Below are positions 47,451-61,040 of a stretch of 64,000 nt of DNA, in pieces. Every line of letters begins with the position of its first letter. Within the stretch, counting starts at the first letter, position 1. This DNA is from Chrysomallon squamiferum (taxonomy: Eukaryota > Animalia > Mollusca), in NCBI GenBank assembly GCA_012295275.1, contig CM022675.1:5208001-5272000 (forward strand). The letters are read 5' to 3'. The notes below the pieces were generated by a model. The model was not told the origin of the DNA and searched no databases. It worked only from the letters and a program-made list of their open reading frames with translations. The position numbers and the translations under genes were made by a program.

Positions 47451-47885
47451 CTGTTGTGTACAAACACATAAATGTATTGTTAACATAGCACTTATATATC
47501 AAAACATCGAGTGGACATATACCTCTTCTGTCAGTACTGAAATATGTTATATATCTCTGCCTGTGTTTCTCTCTCTCTCTCTTTCTTTCTCTCTCTTTAT
47601 CTATATAAAAATAGTAAACAGACAGATAGAGAGACACACATTATAGATATATACATTTGAATGTCTGAAAATTGAGTAAATATATCTCATATCTGATTCA
47701 TTACATACGATGGAAACTACATTTTTTTAAACTATTGGTTTTCTCATCAGAATAATTTCATGTTTTATTCTTTAATATATTACCGTTTACTTTAGTGATA
47801 TGTTTCAATTTATTTATTTACAGTGTAATATTTTACATAAATATGATGTTTCCTTTCACATCCTTGATTTTGCACACACACACTG

Positions 47886-48206
<321 letters not shown>

Positions 48207-48536
48207 GAAAGAGAAAAAGACAGAGAAAGAGAGAGAGTGAGTGTGAGTGAAAGAGAAAGACAGAGAGACAGAGAGAAAGACAGAGAGAAACAGAGATAGA
48301 AAGACAGAGACAGAAAAAAAGAGCTAGAGAGAAAGACAGACAGAAAGAGAGAAAGAGAAAGAGAGAAAGACAGAGTAATAATAATAATATTTCATAAATG
48401 TTTATAATTTTATATATATATATATAAAATTAAAAACATTAGGTACAGAAATACTGAGTTGTAGAGAGAAACAGAAAGAGTGAGATATATTGGTTTTTGA
48501 TTTTTTTTTTTTTTTTATGCACACATACTAAATTAA

Positions 48537-48615
<79 letters not shown>

Positions 48616-48837
48616 TACGATGATGATGATGATGAAGTTAGTTATGAATACACATACAATTCATTCATGATGCAATACTTTAAAGCAGTTATTCATTGGA
48701 CAAGATGGTTTCTTTGTCCTTACCATATAAATACATCGTGAGATGTTGTGTTTTATTCTAAACACGTCAAACTGTGTGAGGACAAAGCTTCTTTTTTGAG
48801 TGTCATAAGAAACAAGGTAGGTTCACGCTATATTACT

Positions 48838-50415
48838 TCAGTTAATATATTTGTAATCATTTTTGTACGTTTGCTTGCAGCTGATTTTGACAACAGAAGC
48901 CAATTCCCTGGCTTGAAGGCAACTTTCTTGTGTTGCCACTGCGATATATCTCTTCATGGAAGGCGTGTCTACTTGCCGCAGGTATTTGATGGAAGACCCG
49001 AATGTCTTCTTTTCTATGGAGGTAAGTATCTCCTGCACAACTCTGTGGTAATTCACACTGATTTTAAGATACTTAAAACCTCCTAATTTACCACGATCGG
49101 TGCTACCGCATATTTTGTCCGATTTGTCTTTATTCGACAAAACCCATTCCACTCATTGCCTTTCGTTCTTTGCTTCACTGGTCGTGATCAGAGTCTCTGT
49201 AACATCTGTAAACTTACACAAGTTTTCGTTTAGTTTTAACTTCTTTTGCTTTTGTTTTGGTTGCTACGTGTCCTCGTCGTCCTCGGTGTCTCTTGCTCTA
49301 GACTCTTGTTAATTCTGCAGACCTGACTGATTCCTCTCGTTTCAGCCGTCGCAGGCCTCGACTGTCTCTCTCCGGTGTCTCATTCATTTAACCAGTAAGC
49401 TTCTGAACCCGGAACACGTTTTTATAGACAGGTGCATGAGAAGTCATCAACGGTTGAGAGTTTTCCCATGGATCGTAAGTTTGCGTGAACTGACTGACGG
49501 GCGTTGTCTGCCTCGACGTAGATGGTATCGCTTCTGTAGACGTACATCTGAAACGACTTTGTCTTGTTAAATTAGTTGGTCGTCTGAAGTGTTGGTCTTG
49601 ATCATCATCATCTAGAAATTCGTTCACTGCACGTTTTTGAGTGAAGCCTTTCGGAGCAGGAGGCATCCGTGCCGTCCTGTTCCAAACGTCTGGCTTTCCC
49701 CAAACATCTGCCTCTGTCATGATCGCCACGCCTGACACGTCTTCTTGTAGGAGATCGTCAATTTTAGTAGATTTCTCTGTGTCCGAGCAGTCTGGAGGTA
49801 GCTGTATCCATATTTTGCCCAAGAATTTTGAATTGCTACCTAAAAATATGTACCCTTTGGAAGGCCTTTTTAGATAACGCAGGTAATCTTTGATGTTTCT
49901 TATCTTTTGGACCCTAACACGGTAACAGCTTTCTCTGCTGCGTTGACGACGCAACCGAGTTCTCTGTCGTGTACCGTGTGGCACATTCCCGTCTTACTGA
50001 GGACTGCGTGAAGGTGCTGGAACGGCGTGCAAGAATCGGGAGACCTGTCGGACGAGTGAACGACTAACAGAGACTGTCTTTTAACCATTTCGTTCAGGTT
50101 GTAGATGTTTTCGTTATAGTTGCTGCCACTAAAGAAGGTGTTCACTTTGTTCAGATACTCTTTGATTTCCATGGAAGAATTTGAAGGAATTCAATCTTTG
50201 TGGACCAGCGTGTCACTATCTTATATTCTAATTCACGAGAATCGGCGTAAATAGAAAAAAAGTCTGCCGTATTTGTCATATCTGTTGTTTAGGGATTTAT
50301 CCATGGGAGAAATATATCTTCCATTGAATAGTTGTTCAAGTTCTTCATTATACTCCGCTGACAAACCATTAACTTGTAATATTATACAACACCAATGTTC
50401 GTTAAGATTATCCAT
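48838..50415 (-). pseudogene. Rep/NS1-like HUH endonuclease, frameshifted and 3'-truncated
   Basis: Successive ORF pieces 50233-50415, 49900-50172, 49388-49984 and 48838-49152. HUH motif LVVH...QHLHAVL at 50008-50016, followed after one frameshift by the Tyr motif KDYLRYLKRP (~49865-49890). No Walker A / SF3 helicase motif is visible. Confidence 0.7.
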
Positions 50416-50569
50416 GACTATTTACCAATGAACCGATACTCGGTGACGTTGATGCTGATGATGATAATATGAACTTAAAATAAATGCGATAGGATTATGA
50501 AATATGTCCGTTGGCTGGTTATGCTTCTTTATAACGTTTTCTTAATATTGTCTTCTTTTCTATGGCTTT

Positions 50570-51566
50570 ATTTCTGGAACAAATACAAGTAGGAGCAGTT
50601 AATCTTTTATACGGAAGCGATTTTTCTGTATCGGATTCGATTTTTTGTTCTTATTTTCGTCGGAGGTTAACATGTCCTCATCGAATCGATAGTCAATGGG
50701 ACACAACTGTTTTATTCTGCCTCCTTCGACGTTTCTACCCATCCCTAGTTCTATGCAATCATAAGGATCTTTGTCTTCCACATGAAAAGAAGGATGGGTC
50801 GATTGATCTTTGTCGTTGTTTCCAGAAAAAATTCCAGCCAACGATCTAATTAAAAGTATATCACCTTCTGTAAGGTCGTAGCCCAATAGCAACCATCGCA
50901 TAATTTCATTCAATGCATACGCGAACGGTTATCGGGCACAGTATTAAAATGAACAGACTGATTAAATATTTTGTTATAATCTGTGACGTGAGGATCGACG
51001 ACTCCTTTATCATCAGGTATTCTATCTTGGTTATTGATTAACAGCCAATATATATACTGAGGTAGATCGTGAGCTTGCTTTTTAGGAATTATCTTATATT
51101 GATTTAAGTAATCTTTCTTAACGACATTAGGATCAGACGTAGGAGACTTAAATACGCGGTTAAAATTTTGCATAGTGATATTAAATTCAAAGACTTTCTT
51201 CCATTTAGTAAAATCTAGAAACACACGAGACAACCACGTCTAGACTTGGTTTCCGTCTACAGACCAAAGCCAAACGTTGCCCGAATCGTTTGTTATTCTA
51301 TCATCGTCTAAAAAGTGGACGATGTCGCATCCGAACAAATCTGTTTTAACGTCATGTTTAAAATCGAGACCAGGAAGCGTATTTCTAGTTTTAAACAGAT
51401 CGAATCTCAAACTCTTATATTCTAATATAAATTCAGATATATTTTGTTCATTGTTTCTAGGAATTTCTGGATAAATGAGATCTATATTGGTTAGACCAGG
51501 TTGATATACACTACGTAACATATCTTCGTATCTCTACTTCCAAAAATAAACATTTGATTCACTCAT
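50570..51566 (-). pseudogene. Uncharacterised viral ORF(s) between capsid and Rep
   Basis: The ATG at 51566 overlaps the putative capsid stop (ATGA). 51566-50910 is one frame broken by two TAGs (51534, 51240) and abuts ORF 50599-50913. No family recognised. Confidence 0.6.
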
Positions 51567-52793
51567 TTCGGACGAGGCGAAGGGTGAGGATGGTAACGGT
51601 TTGAAGAAGCAGAGCCAGACACTGTGCCACCAGGAGGTGAGTATTGACGAGGCTCCGTGGTGCTTCAGGCGCGTATTCTCCTGTTGCAGGGTTGGATGAC
51701 GGTTCGTTTCCGTGGTCAGTTCGAGTGTAAACCATCCTGTTTTGGAAACGATATTTTCTCCTACGTTTGGGAAATGCAAATTTAGGATTGACTGCGTAAC
51801 CGGCTACTTCTCTAATCTTAGATAATTCGCGATACATGTAATCGAACGTCTAATGAATTCGAAAGTGATAAAACATTTTACGAAAATGCACGCCGCTTGG
51901 ACCACCGGACTATCTCTACCGCAATAGAGACAAGAGTTTGATTAAAAACTTTGTACAAAGACTTCGTACCACCAAAAGATTTTCCTTTGAAAATGTCTTC
52001 TAACGTTCCGATATCACTGATATCGTAGTCTTTAATATTATGCAAGTAATGACAAATGGGATAAAAATTTCCGTACATTCCCAAGTATGAGTAAATTTCG
52101 AAGTCATGGTATTAATATCGCCGATGAGGAATAAAAATACCTCTTGGAATTTGTAATGAATGTCCAACAATTGACATTGGTTTTTGTTAAAAAAAAACGT
52201 CTGGTAGTTTTAATACTACTCTGGGCAGAGTAGGATTTTGTTGATTGACTGCCCACTGATTGGTGAAATTACTACTGATATCGAACCTTTTGTTGTTTTT
52301 AAACTTATCGACAACGAAATCTCCCCATTCGTGATTATAATCACAAACAGAGCAGCTCGGGTTCGCGTACGAAATCCGTGCGCATCACTTGAATGTCACT
52401 TATGGAAGTGACTTCTTCGGTCGTTAAAGTACAATCTAATATTTCGAAACCTATATTAACGAGTCTGAAAGCTTGAGCTTCTTGCCACTGAATGGGAATT
52501 ACGGAAGCTTTAGGATAGTCGTAAGGTAAAATTTGAAAACCTTCGTCCACTGTTTTATTAGTTTTATCGTAATAAGTGGTAGTTTCGGCATTATCGTGTA
52601 CATACCATTGAAATATCCGATGGAATGTCTTCCGAAACACTCTGTCTTGATCTTTGTTAAACAGTGGTCCTTGCGGCATACATTCCGTGTTAGGAACAGA
52701 AGTAGTTCTATTTTTACCATCGTTAATTCCTTCGCTCCCCCAGCTACTACCGTTACCGCTACTGGTTCCTTCAGCTCCACTACCTCCCGACAT
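51563..52793 (-). pseudogene. Parvovirus-type single jelly-roll capsid protein (VP), frameshifted
   Basis: Gly/Ser-rich N-terminus (MSGGSGAEGTSSGNGSSWG), then RKTFHRIFQW, GFQILPYDYPKASVIPIQWQE (cf. parvoviral PW...SPxDWQ) and FRLVNIGFEI. After frameshifts come FLIKL and CIFVKCFITFEF (late beta-strand-like) and a basic C-terminal stretch PKRRRKYR. Confidence 0.75.
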
Positions 52794-52855
52794 TTCAAAA
52801 TTTCAGTTAACACAGACTAAACAACGATACTTACTACAACAATCGCTTACATGCA

Positions 52856-52960
52856 AAGATGGCGAATTTAAAAATGTCTGCCTATTTATAAGATTTGTCA
52901 CGTGACTGCAAATCACGTTCTCGCAAGATCTCAGTTTATATCGCATATGCGAGAAATAAA
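52856..52960 (-). promoter_or_regulatory. Putative Pol II promoter of the viral element
   Basis: On the minus strand: palindrome TCGCATATGCGA, E-box GTCACGTGAC (52897-52906), TATAAATAG (52882-52890) and YY1-type CGCCATCTT (52856-52864), all upstream of the capsid ATG at 52793. Confidence 0.65.
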
Positions 52961-53170
52961 AAGAGAAGCGAGCGTAGCGTCATTCATATGAACAATTAAC
53001 AGTTTAGATTAAATTCGAGACTTTAAATCACACTTTTATGTACTGCTTTTAAATCTTATTTTACTAATACGGCAAGCGATCGTACGGGCAAGTGTTAAAG
53101 GTCGATTACACGCAGGCTTAGTGAATGACCTAAAGCACACAGTGCTTTTCGTATGGTTCTGGTACCTCTG

Positions 53171-53313
53171 TAGTGTATAAATATATATTAAATGTATAAA
53201 TATATATTAAACAGCGAGATAGAAACAAAAACATATATGTATATAGACAGATATATCTGACAATCTACCTTTTTATTTGATTAGCTTATTTTAGTTCATT
53301 TAATCATTTAATG

Positions 53314-53369
<56 letters not shown>

Positions 53370-53862
53370 GTTATTTTTTTATAATTATTATTATTATTGT
53401 TGTTGTTGTTATTGTTGTCGTTGTAGCACTTACTAATATAATAAAACGAGAAACACGTTGTGGACGGTGACTCTTCCAGTCATTACAGAGGCTCGCTTAC
53501 CCAAAGCTGCCTGTGTATAATAACTGGGTATGTAACAAATGTTAATAGTTCTCACGTGTTTAGTATCTTTTGTTAGACGGACTGAAACAGGTTTCTTCGT
53601 AATGTGACAAGTTGTCATCGCTATAAATGATAAATACAGAAATAAACTTTTATTAAAAGACGGGGTTGGTCTGATATTTAGTAATAAACATCACTTGGAA
53701 CAAAATTGGCAAAACGCAATCATTTTTGATGCTAACAGCCACCCACGTATTTAGTAACATTTTTCTTTCAGCTTCCACTCCATATAATTTAATATCATGA
53801 AAACGATCAGTGTTTCTTCTACAACCATTGTTTAATACGAAACACGTAAATAATAATACTAA

Positions 53863-53898
<36 letters not shown>

Positions 53899-54991
53899 AA
53901 TACTACTAATAATAATAATAATAGTAATAAATGTGTATAGGCACCACTTGGAATTTGACTTCAGCGTGCTGTCAATGTCAACTGAAAGTAAAACATAGAC
54001 AGACACAAAAGCAATTTCTTTGAGCCGAAAAGTTTATATTTTCTTTAAAGTAAATTAACAAAAAAAATAACAAAACATAATCATTATTATCTTTAGTAGC
54101 GGTAGAATTAAAAGGATATGTGGTGGTTGTAGTCAGTGGTAATAATGGCAACTGTTATTTTGTATCATTATTTTCTTTTTTGTTATTAATATGTTGGTGA
54201 TTTTTTTTTTGTATTTTTTTTCTTATTTTTTTTTCTAATTGTGGACAACATAATATTTCTCTTCACAGATTCAGAATGTCTTCTGTTGGTAGCAGTGTCA
54301 CTAGTAGGAATGTATGGAAGTATGACGTTAAGTGTGACGGTTTGGAACCTGCTCTTCATCACTGTCTTCTGAGAGTTTACATCGTGTTCTAATTATAAGC
54401 TGTTCAGGTATTTATGTTAAAACTATTAGTTTAGTTTCCAATAAATTGATAGTTTAATTAATAGTTTTATTTAATAAACACAGGGTTTTTTTTTTTTTTT
54501 TTTTTCTAGTTGTGTTTTACACTCTGGTTCGTAATGTTGCATGGAATCACATGATATATTGCTTACAAAGAGAAAACAGAAGAAAACAAAGGTTAATGTT
54601 TTACTATTGTGATTATTATTATTAGTAGTAGTAGTATCAATACTATTGTTAGTAGTAGTAGTAATAGTAGTATTTATATAAAAACTTGAAGGACACCCTA
54701 ATAGATATCATTTCAGGCACTATTTAAATAAATAAATAAATAAGTTAATAAATTAATAAATAATAAAAGAAGAAAACAAACATCAGCATTTCACTTGTTT
54801 TATCGCGTGAGAGAATGTTGTTCATTAGTTGGCTGTAGTAGGCTGTCAAAATGAAAAAAAAAAAAAAAAAAGAAAAAGAAATCTGCAGAAAATTAAAGTT
54901 AAATGATAAAGGAATATCGATATTTTATGACATTCTACCCCGTAACTTTCATTGATGTGCTGACTTTTCTTTTTCATCATCATTATTACTT

Positions 54992-55077
<86 letters not shown>

Positions 55078-56277
55078 TTTATTGTTATTATTTTTATTGT
55101 TCTTCTTTTTCTTCTTCTTCTTCTTCTTCTTATTATTATTATTATTATTGTTATTTTTGTTATTGTTATTATTATTATATTTGCTTGCTTGTTTTGCTAT
55201 AGTAAAGATTGTTTTTTTAGGTTTTTTTTGTTGTATTTTTGTATTTTCTCAAAAACGTGTTTGGTTATGTATTGATTAATATTTTATATTGAGTTTCTTT
55301 ACTGAATAAAGCTTGTAGCAATGACTCTCCTGTGATTTGTTTTATTTTATAAGTCGAAATTATTACTTGCATATTAATTCATGTTTACGTAATTATTGTC
55401 ATTACTCTATGCTGGAATACAAATTACCTCTCTGTTTTGCTCTTCCTGTGTGTTGTTATTTATTTTCTTCTCATTTGTGTTTCTGGACATTCTGGAGGTT
55501 CGGTAAAAATCCGTGGCGGAGGAAAAGCTTTCGAATTTCCGTCGTCATTATTCGTGGTGCTATTTCCAAGATGGAGGATCTGCTTTAACTGTTGCTATAG
55601 TTTCATCACACACCCATCTGATTAACAATATATATATTTTTTTTAATTTCTCGTGTCGATTATTTGATTATTAGTCCTTATTTTTTCAATATTAAATATA
55701 TTATTATTATTGTTATTTTTATTGTTATTGTTATTTTATCATTATTATTATTATTTTCTTATTAATATTCTTGGTATTGTCGTATACAAAACAACTATAA
55801 CTCAACAACATTATAATTATATATATAGAAAGTGTTACAGAAAAAACTAATGCGAACATTTGCTGAATTTTTGATGGCATCATAGCACGTGACAGCACAA
55901 CCAATCAGCAAGGATTACACATCATCACTCGATATCTAGTGATAGAATTTCATATCGTACATCACACCTCAATTTCTTATCACTAAACATTCTTCATTCA
56001 GTAAAATCATACTTCACTTCATGGTAATGGATGAAGAACACTTCTTCAAAATTTTCACTATACTTGTCTGCAGTGACTGAATAGATGCATTGAAAATATT
56101 ACACAGGGAGAAACAAATAAGTTGAAAAACCAGAGAAAAAGTAACAAGAAAGAGAAAGTTCCTTTCATTTTAAAACAACTTGTAACTGTAATGAGAATTA
56201 TTAACATGTCATTCCAATACGGTTGATCAAATCATATAAGAATATTTTGCGATGATTTATACTTATGACGTTACAAC

Positions 56278-56375
<98 letters not shown>

Positions 56376-57001
56376 CATAACGATAATGATGATACTAATT
56401 TTAATATAATAATAATAACAACAACAACAAAAAAAAAACAATAACACTAACAATAATATTTGTCTGAAAGAAGTAAATAGGAATTAGTTTAATATTTTTA
56501 GTTTTAATATTTGTAAAGAGAGGCGAGTGACGTATTTCATAAATCCATGATGTATACCGCAAGTAATTCTCTATCAGCAGCAGAAATTAGACAAATTAAT
56601 GAAAATGTCCCGAAAAGTAAAAACAAGAAAGAGACAGCTTCGTTCCTTCTACCTGACCTTTGTGTCATTTACAGCCAGTATCTCTCTTTTACAAAGAGAA
56701 ATTAGACAAATAAAACAGAATAAAAAATCAAAAAGAGAGATAACTTAATTTCTTCCCACTTACCTCCCTTGTTGTAATTAAGTACTCACTGCGTAATGGT
56801 TTGGTTATCAACATGTAATATTACAGTTTCCTTCAACTATCAATATTTAGTGATTTGACGGCGTATTTCATCACCTCGATCATGACTCTGTAAATATTAT
56901 TTATTTATTAATTTATTTAATAATTTATTTAATTTAATATGTCTATCTTTTATTCATCTTGCCGACATCATGTGATAACATTAAAAACTTAATAAATGAT
57001 C
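53171..57001 (+). repeat. Segmental duplication unit, copy 2 (carries SRCR pseudo-exons)
   Basis: Direct near-identity to 776-4817. Confidence 0.95.
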
Positions 57002-57201
57002 NNNNNNNNNNNNNNNNNNNNNNNNNNNNNNNNNNNNNNNNNNNNNNNNNNNNNNNNNNNNNNNNNNNNNNNNNNNNNNNNNNNNNNNNNNNNNNNNNNN
57101 NNNNNNNNNNNNNNNNNNNNNNNNNNNNNNNNNNNNNNNNNNNNNNNNNNNNNNNNNNNNNNNNNNNNNNNNNNNNNNNNNNNNNNNNNNNNNNNNNNNN
57201 N
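57002..57201. other. Assembly gap (200 N) at the axis of the inverted duplication
   Basis: Run of exactly 200 N. Confidence 1.
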
Positions 57202-57983
57202 ATACATTATTTTATAAATTCAGCGATGTTTTATCTTTACTATTTAGACGTACATTTTTTAAACTTTTTTATTATTTTTTTTTTTTGTGAGTTGAGGGGT
57301 TATTATGTTTTCCCCTGGATTTGATTTGTGATCATTTATTAAGTTTTTAATGTTATCACATGATGTCGGCAAGATGAATAAAAAATAGACATATTAATTT
57401 AAATAAATTATTAAATAAATTAATAAATAAATAATATTTACAGAGTCATGATCGAGGTGATGAAATACGCCGTCAAATCACTAAATATTGATAGTTGAAG
57501 GAAACTGTAATATTACATGTTGATAACCAAACCATTACGCAGTGAGTACTTAATTACAACAAGGGCGGTAAGTGGGAAGAAATTAAGTTATCTCTCTTTT
57601 TGATTTTTTATTCTGTTTTATTTGTCTAATTTCTCTTTGTAAAAGAGAGATACTGGCTGTAAATGACACAAAGGTCAGGTAGAAGGAACGAAGCTGTCTC
57701 TTTCTTGTTTTTACTTTTCGGGACATTTTCATTAATTTGTCTAATTTCTGCTGCTGATAGAGACTTACTTGCGGTATATATCATGGATTTATGAAATACG
57801 TCACTCGTCTCTCTTTACAAATATTAAAACTAAAAATATTAAACTAATTCCTATTTACTTCTTTCAGACAAATATTATTGTTAGTGTTATTGTTGTTTTT
57901 TTTTTGTTGTTGTTATTATTATATTAAAATTATTATTATCATTATCGTTATGATTATCATTATGATTATCATTATTATTATTA

Positions 57984-58056
<73 letters not shown>

Positions 58057-59243
58057 GTTGTAAGGTCATAAGTATAAATCATCGCAAAATATTCTTATAT
58101 GATTTGATCAACCGTATTGGAATGACATGTTAATAATTCTCATTACAGTTACAAGTTGTTTTAAAATGAAAGGAACTTTCTCTTTCTTGTTACTTTTCTC
58201 TGGTTTTTCAACTTATTTGTTTCTCCCTGTGTAATATTTTCAGTGCATCTATTCAGTCACTGCAGACAAGAATAGTGAAAATGTTGAAGAAGTGTTCTTC
58301 ATCCATTACCATGAAGTGAAGTATGATTTTACTGAATGAAGAATGTTTAGTGATAAGAAATTGAGGTGTGATGTACGATATGAAATTCTATCACTAGATA
58401 TCGAGTGATGATGTGTAATCCTTGCTGATTGGTTGTGCTGTCACGTGCTATGATGCCACCAAAAATTCAGCAAATGTTCGCATTAGTCTTTTCTGTAACA
58501 CTTTCTATATATATAATTATAATGTTGTTGAGTAATAGTTGTTTTGTATACGACAGTACCAAGAATATTAATACGAAAATAATAATAATAATGATAAAAT
58601 AACAATAACAATAATAATAATATATTTAATATTGAAAAAATAAGGACTAATAATCAAATAATCGACACGAGAAATTAAAAAATATATATATATATTGTTA
58701 ATCAGATGGGTGTGTGATGAAACTATAGCAACAGTTAAAGCAGATCCTCCATCTTGGAAATAGCACCACGAATAATGACGACGGAAATTCGAAAGCTTTT
58801 CCTCCGCCACGGATTTTTACCGAACCTCCAGAATGTCCAGAAACACAAATGAGAAGAAAATAAATAAAACACACAGGAAGAGCAAAACAGAGAGGTAATT
58901 TGTATTCCAGCATAGAGTAATGACAATAATTACGTAAACATGAATTAATATGCAAGTAATAATTTCGACTTATAAAATAAAACAAATCACACGAGAGTCA
59001 TTGCTACAATCTTTATTCAGTAAAGAAACTCAATATAAAATATTAATCAATACATAAACAAACACGTTTTTGAGAAAATACAAAAATACAACAAAAAAGC
59101 CTTAAAAAAACAATCTTTACTATAGCAAAACAAGCAAGCAAATATAGTAATAATAACAATAACAAAAATAACAATAACAATAATAATAATAATAAGAAGA
59201 AGAAGAAGAAGAAAAAGAAGAACAATAAAAATAATAACAATAA

Positions 59244-59302
<59 letters not shown>

Positions 59303-60362
59303 TAATAACAATAATAATACAAGTAATAATGATGATGAAAAAGAAAAGTCAGCACATCAATGAAAGTTACGTGGTAGAATGTCATAAAATATCGATATTC
59401 CTTTATCATTTAACTTTAATTTTCTGCAGATTTCTTTTTCTTTTCTTTTTCTTTTCTTTTTCCTTTTTCATTTTGACAGCCTACTACAGCCAACTAATGA
59501 ACAACATTCTCTCACGCGATAAAACAAGTGAAATGCTGATGTTTGTTTTCTTCTTTTATTATTTATTAATTTATTAACTTATTTATTTATTTATTTAAAT
59601 AGTGCCTGAAATGATATCTATTAGGGTGTCTTTCAAGTTTTTAAATAAATACTACTATTACTACTACTACTACTATAATAATAATAACAATAGTAAAACA
59701 TTAACCTTTGTTTTCTTCTGTTTTCTCTTTGTAAGCAATATATCATGTGATTCCATGCAACATTACGAACCAGAGTGTAAAACACAACTAGAAAAAAAAA
59801 AAAAAAACCTGTGTTTATTAAATAAAACTATTAATTAAACTATCAATTTATTGGAAACTAAACTAATAGTTTTAACATAAATACTGAACAGCTTATAATT
59901 AGAACATGATGTAAACTCTCAGCAGACAGTGATGAAGAGCAGGTTCCAAACCGTCACACTTAACGTCATACTTCCATACATTCCTACTAGTGACACTGCT
60001 ACCAACAGAAGACATTCTGAATCTGTGAAGAGAAATATTATGCTGTCCACAATTAGAAAAAAAAAAATAAGAAAAAAAATACAAGAAAAAAAAATCACCA
60101 ACATATTAATAACAAAAAAGAAAATAATGATACAAAATAACAGTTGCCATTATTACCACTGACTACAACCACCACATATCCTTTTAATTCTACCGCTACT
60201 AAAGATAATAATGATTATGTTTTGTTATTTTTTTTGTTAATTTACTTTAAAGAAAATATAAACTTTTCGGCTCAAAGAAATTGCTTTTGTGTCTGTCTAT
60301 GTTTTACTTTCAGTTGATATTGACAGCACGCTGAAGTCAAATTCCAAGTGGTGCCTATACAC

Positions 60363-60396
<34 letters not shown>

Positions 60397-60871
60397 TACG
60401 TGTTTCGTATTAAACAATGGTTGTAGAAGAAACACTGATCGTTTTCATGATATTAAATTATATGGAGTGGAAGCTGAAAGAAAAAGGTTACTAAATACGT
60501 GGGTGGCTGTTAGCATCAAAAATGATTGCGTTTTGCCAATTTTGTTCCAAGTGATGTTTATTACTAAATATCAGACCAACCCCGTCTTTTAATAAAAGTT
60601 TGTTTCTGTATTTATCATTTATAGCGATGACAACTTGTCACATTACGAAGAAACCTGTTTCAGTCCGTCTAACAAAAGATACTAAACACGTGAGAACTAT
60701 TAACATTTGTTACATACCCAGTTATTATACACAGGCAGCTTTGGGTAAGCGAGCCTCTGTAATGACTGGAAGAGTCACCGTCCACAACGTGTTTCTCGTT
60801 TTATTATATTAGTAAGTGCTACAACGACAACAATAACAACAACAACAATAATAATAATAATTATAAAAATA

Positions 60872-60904
<33 letters not shown>

Positions 60905-61040
60905 TTAAAAACATAAATGATTAAATGAACTAAAATAAGCTAATCAAATAAAAAGGTAGATTATCAGATATATCTGTCTATATACATATATGTTTTTGTT
61001 TCTATCTCGCTGTATATCTATTTATTTAATATATATTTAT
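57202..61040 (-). repeat. Segmental duplication unit, copy 3 (inverted)
   Basis: Reverse complement of 776-4945 / 53171-57001, with scattered substitutions. Confidence 0.95.

Larger units (their letters stand above)
48700..53170 (-). mobile_element. Endogenous viral element, parvovirus/densovirus-like ssDNA virus, copy 1
   Basis: Intronless, microsatellite-free, GC-richer ~4.4-kb island of abutting same-strand ORFs with capsid and HUH-Rep motifs. Boundaries are approximate, judged from the change in composition. Confidence 0.82.

Noticed and set aside
48650-49150. SF3 helicase domain expected after the HUH domain
   Set aside because: No Walker A (GxxxxGKS/T) motif is visible. The element appears truncated here, so no helicase is claimed.
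50910-51566. TAG readthrough or an alternative genetic code in the viral ORF
   Set aside because: The element also has frameshifts and other stop types, so ordinary decay before duplication is the simpler explanation.
52900-53170. Parvoviral terminal hairpin, or a CACTA transposon end at the element boundary (CACTACAGAGG at ~61042)
   Set aside because: Only 10-12-bp palindromes are present, and no matching terminus was found at the other end.
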